Shown here: positions 1-11,834 of the stretch, piece after piece
Layout: every line of letters begins with the position of its first letter
How positions within the stretch are numbered: the stretch's first letter is position 1
NCBI GenBank assembly: GCA_031372565.1
Contig: JANMLN010000064.1
Coordinates: forward strand, 1 to 33,914
From: Gemmatimonadota bacterium
Lineage (GTDB): Bacteria; Gemmatimonadota; Gemmatimonadetes; Gemmatimonadales; Gemmatimonadaceae
Direction: 5' to 3'
Length of the DNA stretch: 33,914 bases
Notes under the pieces: model-generated
Database searches by the model: none
Told to the model about the DNA's origin: nothing
What the model saw: the letters and a program-made list of their open reading frames with translations, nothing else
Program-made: the position numbers and the translations under genes

Positions 1-80
1 CTCACCGGCTCACCCGCGCGATACCGGACCCACACGGCCGCGTGCTCGGCCCGCGTCAAACGCGAACAGTATCGTCCCAT
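1..80 (-). CDS. N-terminus of putative IS30-family transposase (partial; not in ORF track)
   Basis: Hand translation from ATG at 80: MGRYCSRLTRAEHAAVWVRYRAGEPV..., resembling the N-terminal HTH of IS30 transposases. GGAGG at 92..88. Confidence 0.65.
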   Translation of the reverse strand, partial: MGRYCSRLTRAEHAAVWVRYRAGEPV

Positions 81-139
81 CACAACACCTCCGATTGTAG
101 ACTGTCCGAAAGGTGTTGCACTGACCATGTGAGACCGCC
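1..139 (-). mobile_element. Left end of a probable IS30-family insertion sequence (truncated by window edge)
   Basis: Minus strand 139..114 reads GGCGGTCTCACATGGTCAGTGCAACA, resembling IS30-family termini (GGCGG...TGCAACA). It is followed by a GGAGG RBS and an ORF running off the window. Confidence 0.7.
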
Positions 140-161
140 CCGGCTTGTGTGGTTCGAGAAA

Positions 162-234
162 AGCAGATCCTTCGCTGCGCTCAGGATGACAATGGCCTCG
201 CTGCGCTCAGGATGACAATGGGCTCGCTGCGCTC
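162..234. repeat. REP-like palindromic element with 26-bp tandem duplication (about 2.4 copies)
   Basis: AGCAGATCCTTCGCTGCGCTCAGGATGACA contains an ATCCT/AGGAT hairpin. The unit TCGCTGCGCTCAGGATGACAATGG(C/G)C occurs at 172-197 and 198-223, with a partial copy at 224-234. Confidence 0.8.
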
Positions 235-253
235 CCCCCGACGGCGGGGCCGC

Positions 254-1533
254 TCACTCCGGCAAGTGGCGCGCGAGCGCAACCTCCCGACCGCTCTCCG
301 CCAGCTCCGCACGAATAGCCGCAGCCCGATCCACCGTGCCGGTGAACGTGACGACGCACGCATCATCCGCAACGCGCGTCAGCTGCACGTCGGCGACCTC
401 AACCACGGCACTCCGCACCGCCGATTCATCGGCGCGCGACCAGACGATCCATCGCAACGCGCGCTCGTCGTGCCCAGCCACCTGCACCACGCGCGGCGCC
501 GGGAGCGTCGCACTCGAGGCGCCGAGATCGCCGTAGAGCGCCCCCGCGGTCGGGTCGCCCCCCGCCCCTCGGCCCGCAAACAGGATCGTCCCCGCCGACG
601 TGCTCTCGACCGTCACCGCGTTCCACTCGGCGGTCGCGCGGGCGAGGTCGTGCGCGGCGCCAATTACGGCCGGCTCCACGCGGGCAACGAGCCCGTGCGC
701 CGTGACCTCGCACTCGGCCAACTGCACCGCGCGTCCACCCAGGGCGGCAGCGCGCTGTGCCAATGCGAGTGCGTCCGTGAGCGGGCGTGACGCAACGGGC
801 AGCATGTGCGGCGCCACACCGAAGGTGAGCCATGCGAGAATCGCGATCTTGTCCGCGGCATCGAGGCCGTCGAGATCGCGGCTCGGGTCGGCTTCCGCGA
901 AGCCCTTCGCCTGTGCCTCGCGCACCGCGTCCGTGGGCGCTGCGCCGCGCGCGACACGATCGAGCACGAAGTTCGACGTGCCATTGAGCACGCCACGAAT
1001 GCCGGTGACGCCAACACCGGCGGCGCCTGAGCGCAGCGCGCGCACGACCGGAATGCAGCCACCCACGGCGCCCTCGAAGTCGAGTTGACCACCGAAGCGC
1101 GCGGCAAGCTGCGAGAGCGCCGCCCCCTCGGCGGCGATCAACGCCTTGTTGGCGGTGACGACGCGCCGTCCCTGCACGAGCGCCGCAGCCACCAGCGTCC
1201 GTGCAGGCTCCACGCCGCCAATGGTCTCGATGACGACATCGCAATGCGTCGAGAGGAAGGCGGCCAACGAATCGGTGACGACCCCCGGCCGGAAGGCGAC
1301 ACGTCGCGCCTTGACGGTGTCGCGGACCAGCACCTTCACGATCTCGACATGCCGATTGCCATCGAGGGGCGTGGCCAGCAGCTGCTCCGCGAGTGCGCCG
1401 CCCACGGTGCCGCATCCGGCGAGTGCGACCCTGACCGTTTGCTGGCGCGGCAGCGGACGAGCCGCGTCGTGCAGGCCGAGTGTCGGCGCACCATGGGTCG
1501 GCTCTGGTGAGCGTGCGGACAGAAGGACGGCGC

Positions 1534-1537
<4 letters not shown>
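254..1537 (-). CDS. hom: Homoserine dehydrogenase
   Basis: GCGTVGG Rossmann motif, VVTANKA, FEGAVGGCIP, LNGTSNF, GFAEADPSRDLDGLDAADK, GRGAGGDPTA; 4-bp overlap with metX. Confidence 0.93.
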
Positions 1538-3983
<2,446 letters not shown>

Positions 3984-4004
3984 TCAGGAGCAGACGCTCC
4001 TGTC

Positions 4005-4046
4005 AGAAACAGAAACCCCCGGGGGAGAAAGTCCGCCGGGGCTCTC
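4005..4046 (-). terminator. Terminator-like hairpin in the met leader (possible riboswitch expression platform)
   Basis: Minus strand GAGAGCCCCGGCGGA-CTTTC-TCCCCCGGGGGTTTCTGTTTC: GC-rich imperfect stem followed by an interrupted U-rich tail. Confidence 0.55.
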
Positions 4047-4099
4047 GCGTTTTAGCTCCTTGTTTTACGTGGCGGCAATAGGCGGCAAATGACCACGAA
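4044..4099 (-). ncRNA. SAM-II (SAM_alpha-type) riboswitch
   Basis: Minus strand CGTGG-TCATTTG-CCGCCTATTGCCG-CCACG-TAAAACAAGGA-GCTAAAA: P1 CGTGG/CCACG plus ATTTG, TTGC and GCTAAA elements typical of SAM-II; located in the 5' leader of met genes. Confidence 0.85.
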
Positions 4100-4117
4100 C
4101 AATCGATTGTGCTGAAG

Positions 4118-4146
4118 ATGTTAGAACGCCTTCGCGGCGTTGTCAA
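4118..4146 (-). promoter_or_regulatory. Sigma70-type promoter of the met operon
   Basis: TTGACA (4146..4141) - 17 bp - TAACAT (4123..4118), about 20 nt upstream of the riboswitch. Confidence 0.8.
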
Positions 4147-4245
4147 GCAACTCCCGTGTCACACCATGCCAGACCGGACGCCGGCGCGCAAGCGCCACCT
4201 GCGGCGCACCCGAGCCCGGGGCACTCACAGCCCCCGGTACAGCAC

Positions 4246-6420
4246 CTACTTCAACCTGAGCGCGCCCCGCTCCGGCCGCGCCCAGGGCACCACACGATCC
4301 GCGAGGACCGGCCACGCGTTGGTCCAGACGACGAACAGATCACTGCCCGGGCTCGGAATCCAGCGCAGGCGCACATTGCTCGAGAAGCGGCGGCTCTCGT
4401 TGTCGTACTGGGCAAAGAGCGTGGTGTTGAGCCGCGCGTTGGTGGCCCAGTCCACGCGCAGACGACCGGTGTTCGCCACGAAACTGCCGAGGGGGCGGTC
4501 GAGTGCCGTGCGTTCGAACGTTGCGCTGAACAGCAGGTGCGGCTCGAGGCGCGCATCGAGCTTGACCTCGAGGAGTGATCCGGTGCCGTCGTAGTAACCG
4601 CCATGCGCCACGAAGAACTCTCCCGAGAGGGTGCGTGCGCGCGAGGCGGTGAAGCCAACGAACGACTGCGTCCACTCGTACGAACCGGCCGGAACCACCG
4701 AGCCGTTGAAGAGATCGAACGCGCTCGTGGGGCGGTCCCACCCGCGCTCGACGCCAATCTCGAACTCGTCGCCCGACTCCATGCGCAGGCCGAACGGACT
4801 GACCGTGACGGTCGCGTTGTTGAGCGAGCCGTCGGGATTGAGCACCACATCGTACTCCGGCAGCACGAACGAGAGCTTGCGAATGCCCCAGCGATCGGGG
4901 CGCGGCGTCAGGTTGACCTGTCCCGCGATCCGGTTGATCCCCTGTTGCTGCACAAAGCCGAGTGACGGATTGAAGCCCGGCGCGACATGATCGAAGCGCA
5001 TCACGATATCGGCCAGGTCGTTGGGGAAATCAACGACGAAGCGGCCGAAGCCGCGGGGCGCCGCCCCCGCCGAATCGCGCGTGAACGCCGCGAGGCCGAG
5101 CACCACGAGATTCTGCCCGCGCACCACGTATGGAAAGTTGAAATCGACGCCGGCTGCGAGGCTCGCCGGGCGGCGATCTTCCGCTTCGAAGGTCGTCATC
5201 GCGCCAATCCATCCCCGGTCCAGCACGTCGTGCTTCACGCGAGCCACGCCCGACGTCGCGTTGCGTGCACCACCGGTACGCGCGGCGATCAGTCCGACCT
5301 GCTGTCCCAGCGCGCGTCCGGTCAGTCGCGCCCCCGCGACCAGCGGCACCGGAAAACCGTCGGGGGTCAAGCCGATCCGTCGGCTGTAGAACAGCTGCGT
5401 CTGCCCACGGCGACCGAAGTCGAAGATCCCCGCATTCTCGGTGAAGAAGCCGCGTCGCTCGGGAAAGAAGAGCGGAAAGCGTGTGGTGTTGATGACCTGA
5501 TTGTCGATGTCGGCCTGGGCGAAGTCGGCGTTGACGGTCAGGTCCAGGGTGAGCGTCGGCGTCGGCGCGAGCTTGGCATCGAGCCCGATATCGCCATGGA
5601 GCGAGGGTTCGCGCACGATGGCCACCGGCGACACGTCGTAGTCGCGTTCGGCCGGACTCAGCGTGCTCGCGAGATACGGACGCAATTCCGCGAGTGCCCG
5701 GCGCGGCAGAGCGCCGAGCCCTGCCAGCTCGCCGGCGTTCTCGAGCAGCCGGATCCCCTGCGTCCGCTTCCAACTGCGCCACCGCTGCGTCTCGTTCTTG
5801 CGGCGAATGAACCGCTCGACGTTCACGTCCCAGGCCGTGCCGTCGCCCGGGTACCGCAACGTCTGCCACGGAATGAACAGCTCGGCTTCCCATCCACGCG
5901 CGGTCACCTGCGCGCGCACATCCCAGACGCCGTCCCACCCGGCGTTCTCGTTCTCGAAGTTCACGATGTCGGCATCGTGCTGGAAGCCGTTCGCGTTGAC
6001 CGTGAGCAGCACCCCCGTGCGCCGATCGCGCATGGGCGACAGCATGATGCGCACGTGATCATCCGAGTCGAACTCGGCGTCGCGGCGCAGCTGTGCCCGG
6101 CTGATCCGATCGGGCTCGCGGTCGTATGCCACGATGCCGATCCAGAGTCCCTCTCTCGTGCGCAAGAAGCGAACGACCGTTCGTTCGCTTCCCGGGGTCC
6201 CCTCGGCCGGGTCGGATTGCGTGAAGTCGTCGATCGAGTCGGCGCGTGCCCACGCGAGCTCGGACACCGAACCGTCGAGCTGCAGTGCGCCGGATGCGAC
6301 CAAGGCGCGCGGCGACGGAGCCAGCGTACCGGTCGGCGCTCCAGCTGCCACCTGAGCGTGCGCGATCGTGACGCCACAGAAGGCCCACAGCAGCGTGATC
6401 TGAATTAGTCGAAGTGACAC
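4246..6420 (-). CDS. Exported DUF5916 / CBM9-like domain protein (probable outer-membrane protein)
   Basis: Signal peptide ending AHA-Q, LDGSVSELAW N-terminal CBM9-like region, LDLTVNADFAQ, RFPLFFPERRGFFTEN, LFYSRRIG; beta-strand-rich C-terminus. Confidence 0.8.
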   Translation of the reverse strand: MSLRLIQITLLWAFCGVTIAHAQVAAGAPTGTLAPSPRALVASGALQLDGSVSELAWARADSIDDFTQSDPAEGTPGSERTVVRFLRTREGLWIGIVAYDREPDRISRAQLRRDAEFDSDDHVRIMLSPMRDRRTGVLLTVNANGFQHDADIVNFENENAGWDGVWDVRAQVTARGWEAELFIPWQTLRYPGDGTAWDVNVERFIRRKNETQRWRSWKRTQGIRLLENAGELAGLGALPRRALAELRPYLASTLSPAERDYDVSPVAIVREPSLHGDIGLDAKLAPTPTLTLDLTVNADFAQADIDNQVINTTRFPLFFPERRGFFTENAGIFDFGRRGQTQLFYSRRIGLTPDGFPVPLVAGARLTGRALGQQVGLIAARTGGARNATSGVARVKHDVLDRGWIGAMTTFEAEDRRPASLAAGVDFNFPYVVRGQNLVVLGLAAFTRDSAGAAPRGFGRFVVDFPNDLADIVMRFDHVAPGFNPSLGFVQQQGINRIAGQVNLTPRPDRWGIRKLSFVLPEYDVVLNPDGSLNNATVTVSPFGLRMESGDEFEIGVERGWDRPTSAFDLFNGSVVPAGSYEWTQSFVGFTASRARTLSGEFFVAHGGYYDGTGSLLEVKLDARLEPHLLFSATFERTALDRPLGSFVANTGRLRVDWATNARLNTTLFAQYDNESRRFSSNVRLRWIPSPGSDLFVVWTNAWPVLADRVVPWARPERGALRLK

Positions 6421-6647
6421 GCGGGGAACCTACTCGGTGCCCGCGCAAGGTGAGCGCCGCTGACAGGCACCGCTGACAGCGCTAACTTGGGAGCGCAACG
6501 CGATCTGCGCTCGCCGTCGTTACCGCGACGCGACGTTCACGTCGCCTGCTCGTGGCACGATCCCTTGAATCTTCCTCCGTACGGGATGGCCCCCTCGGTT
6601 CGTCACCCTCGCACACGGTGCGAGGACTACAACTGGAGCGTCCCCGC

Positions 6648-7172
6648 ATGGCAACACCCTTGCTCGAGCGACTGCATCGGCGCGACACGGCGCTCTATCG
6701 CCGCTGGCGCCTCGATGGCGATGAACGGTCTGCCGACTGGCGTATCTGGGTCGTCCTGACCCACTTGGGCGGCGCGACGTTCTGCATCAGCGCGGCACTG
6801 CTTCCCCTGTTCGTCGGTGGGCCGCTGGCCGCCATGGGATGGCAGCCCGCGATGTGCGTCCTGCTCAGCACGCTCATGGTGCAGGTCATGAAGCGCAACA
6901 TCCTCCGGACGCGCCCCACGGCCACGCATGAGGAAGCGCTCGTCGTCGTGCCGGATCGCTTCTCGTTCCCCTCGGGACATGCAACGGCCATCATGGCGGT
7001 GGCGTTCAGCTACGCGGTGAACTTTCCGGCGTTCGCCCTGCCGCTCCTCATTCTCTCGAGCGCCGTGGGGCTCTCGCGCGTCCGCCTCGGCGTGCACTAT
7101 CCGGGCGACGTGCTCGCCGGGCAGGCGATTGCACTCCTCTCGGGATTCATCACGATCCGGCTCTGGCAGTAG
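6648..7172 (+). CDS. PAP2-family phosphatase (membrane lipid/undecaprenyl-PP phosphatase-like)
   Basis: KRNILRTRP, FPSGH and SRVRLGVHYPGD motifs; hydrophobic helices; start ATG 6648 after GGAG. Confidence 0.9.
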   Translation: MATPLLERLHRRDTALYRRWRLDGDERSADWRIWVVLTHLGGATFCISAALLPLFVGGPLAAMGWQPAMCVLLSTLMVQVMKRNILRTRPTATHEEALVVVPDRFSFPSGHATAIMAVAFSYAVNFPAFALPLLILSSAVGLSRVRLGVHYPGDVLAGQAIALLSGFITIRLWQ

Positions 7173-7290
7173 GGGAGCGGTCCCGCCGCCGCACGCGGCG
7201 CGTTGCGTTGGGGGCGCCTCAATCGTTGTGCGATGACCGGGGCGCTCCGCCGATGACGGCGGGGTGCCAGACCGGTCTACCGGCCATCGC

Positions 7291-7734
7291 ATGAGCCCAG
7301 CCTTCATCAACGTCGAGGAGTCGCCTGCCCCGGATCGCGGTCGGTTGCGATTCACCGGCTTCACCTTCGCGCGTTCCCGTGCCGGGGCGTGCGAAGCCGA
7401 GGTGACGCTCGCCTGGACCGACGGACGCACGGTCACGGGCCGTGCCGCGGGGCAGTCGTCACCGCTCGGGGACTACCGGATCGCTGCCGAGGCGGCCATG
7501 AACGCCATCGACGGCTTCGTGACCGGCGTGCTGCGTTTCGATCTGGTCGGCGTGAAGGCGATCAAGGCCTTTGATGCCAACGTGGTGATCGTGTCGATCC
7601 ACGCGCACAAGCAGGGCGAGGTGGCCAAGCTGCTCGGCTGTGTGCTCGCGGAATCGGACCCCATCAAGGGTGCGGCGCTCGCCGTGCTCAACGCCACCAA
7701 TCGCCTGATCGGCAACACGATCGCCACGCGGTGA
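7291..7734 (+). CDS. Hypothetical protein (small alpha/beta fold)
   Basis: High-GC3 codon usage and globular composition; 4-bp overlap with the downstream transglycosylase gene; start uncertain (7264 or 7291). Confidence 0.7.
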   Translation: MSPAFINVEESPAPDRGRLRFTGFTFARSRAGACEAEVTLAWTDGRTVTGRAAGQSSPLGDYRIAAEAAMNAIDGFVTGVLRFDLVGVKAIKAFDANVVIVSIHAHKQGEVAKLLGCVLAESDPIKGAALAVLNATNRLIGNTIATR

Positions 7735-9431
7735 CCGCCTCCGTGTCTGTTGTCGAGCGTGTGCGGCGCCTCTGCGCTGCACCTTCACACGTGCTGGTCG
7801 GCCTGGCCATCGTCACACTGGGCGTCGCGGGCTGCGCCCCCACACGCGGTGCCGCGCCCCTCGCCGCCGCCCCCGAGCCCGCGCACGCCGTCGACGAGAC
7901 CACCGACTCGGCCGCGCGTGCGGCGCGCGTCGCTCCGGCGAGCACAGCCCCGTCCGCGCGCGACTCGGTGATCGTGAGCGCGGCCGAGGTCGCGCGCGAA
8001 GCGGCGAAGGTGTTCGGCGACTCCGCGCCGCCGACGCTGACTGACGTGCCGGGTGGGAGCACGACCACGTGGGACATCGATGTGCGATCGTTTGCGGGGC
8101 AGGAGCGCGTCGCGCACTTCGTCGGGCTGTTCGCCGGCGAGGCCCGCGAGCGGTTCACGCGGCGCCTGTCGCGCGGGACGCGCTACGACGCGATGATCCG
8201 CGCCAAGCTGCGTGCCGGAAAGATTCCCGAAGACATGACCTACCTCGCGCTCATAGAGAGCGGCTACGATCCCGACGCCTATTCGCGCGCTGCCGCCGTG
8301 GGCATGTGGCAGTTCATGTCGAGCACGGCGCGCGGACTCGGGCTGCGGGTCGACTGGTGGGTGGATGAGCGGCGCGATCCGGTGCGCGCCACCGACGCTG
8401 CGGTGCGCTTCCTCAACTACTTGAAGCAGCAGTTCGGCTCGCTGTATCTCGCTGCGGCCGCGTACAACGGCGGGCCGGGGCGCATCGCGCGCGGCCTCAC
8501 GCGCTACGCGGACGATCTCGAAGGCACCACCGGCGATTCGCTCTTCTTTGCGCTCGCCGAGACCGATGCGTTGCGCCGCGAGACCAAGGACTACGTGCCG
8601 CAGCTCGTGGCCGCCGCGCTCGTCGGCAAGGAGCCGACGCGATACGGCGTGCGCGTGGATTCGCAGCCGCAGTTCGTGTACGACTCGGTGACGGCTCCGG
8701 CCGGGACGCCGCTGGCCGCGGTCGCACGCGCGCTGCACGTGGAGCTCGATCAGGTGCGCGCGCTGAATCCCGGGCTGCTGCGCGGCACGACGCCTCCCGA
8801 CGCCGCCTGGCGCGTGCGCGTGCCGGTCGGCAGTCCCGTGGCCGCCTTCGACTCTGCGCTCGCGGCGCTCGGCGACGACGACCGTCGCGCGTGGACCACG
8901 GCGACGAGCAAGAAGGGGCAGACCATGGCGAGCGTGGCCAAGGCGCACGGCCTCTCGGCGCAGCAACTCGCGTGGTACAACCCCAAGGTGGAGCGTCGCA
9001 AGAAGACCGGCGCACTGGTCGCAGGTCAGTCGATGCGCATTCCGACTGCCGCGACAGTTGCCGCCGCGCGCGATGTGCCGGACCCGAAGATCGAGATCTA
9101 CGGGCGCGCCTCCCGAGGCTCACGCGCGGTGACGCACGTGGTGAAGGAAGGCGAGACGCTCGCCGCGATCGCCAGGAAGTTCGGCACTACGGCGCCGGCG
9201 TTGCAGCAGCGCAACCGGATGCGCAGCTCGCTGGTTGTACCGGGGCAGCGCCTCGTGATTCGCGCGGGGACCGCCCCGAGTGGCAAGTCGAAGGCCAAGG
9301 GGGCGAAGGGCAAGACGAGCGCGTCGAAGGCGAAGGGCGTTCGGAAGGGCACAACGAAGGGGAAGTCAACGTCGTCGGCTTCGGGCGCGAAGCGCGGCGC
9401 GAAGGCCGGAAAAAAGAAGGCCGCGCCGTAG
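7731..9431 (+). CDS. MltD-like lytic transglycosylase with LysM domains, probable lipoprotein, Lys/Ala-rich tail
   Basis: Lipobox VAGC; SLT motifs LALIESG, AVGMWQFM, AAAYNGG, ETKDYVP; LysM HVVKEGETLAAIARKFG. Confidence 0.9.
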   Translation: MTASVSVVERVRRLCAAPSHVLVGLAIVTLGVAGCAPTRGAAPLAAAPEPAHAVDETTDSAARAARVAPASTAPSARDSVIVSAAEVAREAAKVFGDSAPPTLTDVPGGSTTTWDIDVRSFAGQERVAHFVGLFAGEARERFTRRLSRGTRYDAMIRAKLRAGKIPEDMTYLALIESGYDPDAYSRAAAVGMWQFMSSTARGLGLRVDWWVDERRDPVRATDAAVRFLNYLKQQFGSLYLAAAAYNGGPGRIARGLTRYADDLEGTTGDSLFFALAETDALRRETKDYVPQLVAAALVGKEPTRYGVRVDSQPQFVYDSVTAPAGTPLAAVARALHVELDQVRALNPGLLRGTTPPDAAWRVRVPVGSPVAAFDSALAALGDDDRRAWTTATSKKGQTMASVAKAHGLSAQQLAWYNPKVERRKKTGALVAGQSMRIPTAATVAAARDVPDPKIEIYGRASRGSRAVTHVVKEGETLAAIARKFGTTAPALQQRNRMRSSLVVPGQRLVIRAGTAPSGKSKAKGAKGKTSASKAKGVRKGTTKGKSTSSASGAKRGAKAGKKKAAP

Positions 9432-9485
9432 CTCTCGCTCGACGCGGCCTTCTTGTAACGCTCCGTGCCAGGGCTGAGCCGGCGC

Positions 9486-10181
9486 CTACTCGGTGACGCC
9501 CCGCCCCTTGTAGCCGCGCATCACCACGTGCTCGTACCCGTTGCTCGGATCCATGCCGTTGGCACGCGCCAAGTCGACCGCCGCCGGCCCGCGATTGTAC
9601 ACGAGCAGCGCCAGGCTGACGTCGCGGTACTGCGTGATCAGCCCGCGCAGGTAGCGGAAGCCGATGCGCAGATTACGGTCCCGCTGATACAGCTCCTCGC
9701 GCGTGATATTCGGCTCGTAGTGCCGCGCCGTGGGAAGCATCAACTGCGTGAGTCCGACTGCGCCCACCGGGCTCAGCGCGTTCTCCTTGAAGTCGCTCTC
9801 GATCTTGACCACGCGGAAGGCGAGCTCCGGATCGATCTTTTCGCGCACCGCGGCCTCGTAGATGTCCTGCGAGAGCCGCGCGGGCACGTCATACCGCGCA
9901 CTCAGGCGGAACATCCGCTCGTAGCGCGAGAGGTCGTTCCGGACGAGCGCCAAGTCGCCCTTGGTGTTGTCCAGTTCGGTACGCAACCGACCGAGCTCCA
10001 CCCAGGGGAGCAGCGACCGGCGTTCCTCGGCCTGCGCCGTGTTGGTGGCGGGTTCCCAGACCAGCAATGTCAACGCGCTCACGAAACCGGTGAGCAAGAG
10101 CGCGGCGCGAATGCGCCGGACTCGTCGCTCGCGATCGCCGCGACGCACGTACGATGAAACCTTCATGCCTGCACGCAACAT
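9486..10181 (-). CDS. Membrane-anchored SLT-domain lytic transglycosylase
   Basis: VKIESDF, SPVGAVGLTQLM, ALLVYNRGP; N-terminal TM helix; AGGAGG RBS. Confidence 0.88.
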   Translation of the reverse strand: MLRAGMKVSSYVRRGDRERRVRRIRAALLLTGFVSALTLLVWEPATNTAQAEERRSLLPWVELGRLRTELDNTKGDLALVRNDLSRYERMFRLSARYDVPARLSQDIYEAAVREKIDPELAFRVVKIESDFKENALSPVGAVGLTQLMLPTARHYEPNITREELYQRDRNLRIGFRYLRGLITQYRDVSLALLVYNRGPAAVDLARANGMDPSNGYEHVVMRGYKGRGVTE

Positions 10182-10201
10182 GTGCGATACCTCCTAGAGG
10201 G

Positions 10202-10681
10202 TCAGCGGGCCGTCCACGTGCCCGATCGTCCGCCGCTCTTCTCGAGCAGACGCACGCCGGTGATGGTCATGCCGCGATCCAGTGATTTCACCATGTCATA
10301 GATGGTCAACAGCCCCACCGACACGGCCGTCATGGCCTCCATTTCGACGCCTGTCTGGGCCGTCGTCCGGGTCGTGGCCAGCGCCCGGATGCCTCCGCCA
10401 ACGTCATCGTCGTCGAAGGCCACCTCCACGTGCGACAGCGGTACCGGGTGACACAGCGGGATCAGCGACGCCACCTGCTTGGCCGCCATGATCCCCGCGA
10501 CCCGCGCGACCGCCAACACATCGCCCTTCTTGACCGCCTGCGCGCGTACCGCCTCGCGGGCTTCGGGGGACATGCGAATGAACCCCTCGGCAACGGCCTG
10601 TCGCACCGTCGCTTCTTTGCCCGAGACGTCCACCATGTGGGCCTCGCCGCGCGCGTTGAGGTGCGTCAGCGCCTGACTCAC
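10202..10681 (-). CDS. moaC: Cyclic pyranopterin monophosphate synthase MoaC
   Basis: LTHL...AHMVDVS, KKGDVL, LIPLCHP, TGVEMEA, TIYDMVK, LLEKSGG. Confidence 0.96.
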   Translation of the reverse strand: MSQALTHLNARGEAHMVDVSGKEATVRQAVAEGFIRMSPEAREAVRAQAVKKGDVLAVARVAGIMAAKQVASLIPLCHPVPLSHVEVAFDDDDVGGGIRALATTRTTAQTGVEMEAMTAVSVGLLTIYDMVKSLDRGMTITGVRLLEKSGGRSGTWTAR

Positions 10682-11745
10682 GCTGACACCTCCTGCAGCG
10701 CGTCCATCAACTGTGCCGTGAGCAGCGACGGCTGAGCATTGCCGCCAGCGCGCACGGCCGTCTCGAGCACGGCTGGAATCGCCCGGGCCGCAGCATTGGC
10801 TCGGCGCGCGTCCCCGCGTGCGAGCGCGCCCTCCATCCGGTCGCGCAGCAGCACGACCAACGCGTCGAGTGTGTCGGAGTAGGCGCCGCGTGCGCCGGTG
10901 GCCCCCTGCACGAAGGCCGCCCGATAGCGTTCGGCCCGGTCGCCCCCCGCAGCCGCCAGAATGCGCTCGGCATTCTCGCGGGCAGCGGCGACGTCGGCGG
11001 CGTTGAGCAAGGCGCCCGGCGCCCCGTGCGCTCGGCGCACGCGCGCGGCGACCGACTCCGTGCCAGCGGCATCGAGCTTGGCTGCGACCAGGGGGTGCTC
11101 CGCAAAGCGCTGCACGTCGGCGTCCTTGAGTGGACGCGCCGCCACCGACACCACGCGCGAGCGGATGGTCGGGAGCAGCGCCCCGGGTTCGGACGAGGTC
11201 AGGATGAGCGTCGTGAAGGCGGGCGGCTCCTCAAGCAGCTTGAGGAAGGCGTTGGCCGACTCCTCGTGTCCGCCTTGCGTCATCCGGTCGGCGCCGCCGA
11301 CGACCAGCACGCGCCGCTTGGCCATGGCCGGGCGGCGGCCGCCCTCGCGGACGAGCGCCCGCGTGGCCCCGATAAAGATGCCCGCGTTGCCCGGAGGGGC
11401 GGCGTAGAGACCGTGCGCCTCGCGTCGCGCCGTGACCGCATCACCGATGTTACCCATGACCTCGTCGGGCGAGTCATCGTTGCCGTCATCGTCGCGCGTT
11501 CGCGGAAAGACCCAGGTCAGATCGGGGTGGGCCAACTCCATCGAGAGCTTGCAGTTAGCGCAGTCTCCGCAAGGCGCGTCGCCGCTGCCACAGAGGAGCA
11601 CCGAGCCGAGCCAGAGCGCAAGCCGTTGTTTGCCAACCCCGCTCGGTCCATGCACGAGCAGGCTCGACGGGAGGGTGCCCCTGAGGGCACTCTCGGCGAG
11701 CCGGTCGCGAAGACCGGTGTGTCCGAAAAGCGGGATGATCGGCAT
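10678..11745 (-). CDS. holB: DNA polymerase III subunit delta'
   Basis: [16 protein letters not shown] zinc motif, [24 protein letters not shown]. Confidence 0.88.
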   Translation of the reverse strand: MPIIPLFGHTGLRDRLAESALRGTLPSSLLVHGPSGVGKQRLALWLGSVLLCGSGDAPCGDCANCKLSMELAHPDLTWVFPRTRDDDGNDDSPDEVMGNIGDAVTARREAHGLYAAPPGNAGIFIGATRALVREGGRRPAMAKRRVLVVGGADRMTQGGHEESANAFLKLLEEPPAFTTLILTSSEPGALLPTIRSRVVSVAARPLKDADVQRFAEHPLVAAKLDAAGTESVAARVRRAHGAPGALLNAADVAAARENAERILAAAGGDRAERYRAAFVQGATGARGAYSDTLDALVVLLRDRMEGALARGDARRANAAARAIPAVLETAVRAGGNAQPSLLTAQLMDALQEVSA

Positions 11746-11825
11746 GGGGTGAATGTTGGGGACAGCCGGGGCGCGGTGGAAGTGCTCAGCCGAAATTGTC
11801 GTGATTCGGCCAAAACGGCATGGTC

Positions 11826-11834
11826 TGTGGATAA
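11826..11834 (-). promoter_or_regulatory. Perfect DnaA box (TTATCCACA)
   Basis: Plus strand TGTGGATAA, about 80 bp upstream of holB in an AT-enriched intergenic region. Function not demonstrated. Confidence 0.45.

Noticed and set aside
172..234. Possible mini-CRISPR array
   Set aside because: Units are directly tandem with no unique spacers, and there are no cas genes in the window.
6553..6570. TGGCACGATCCCTTGAAT as a sigma54 promoter for the PAP2 gene
   Set aside because: Good -24 element, but no GC at the required GG-N10-GC spacing.
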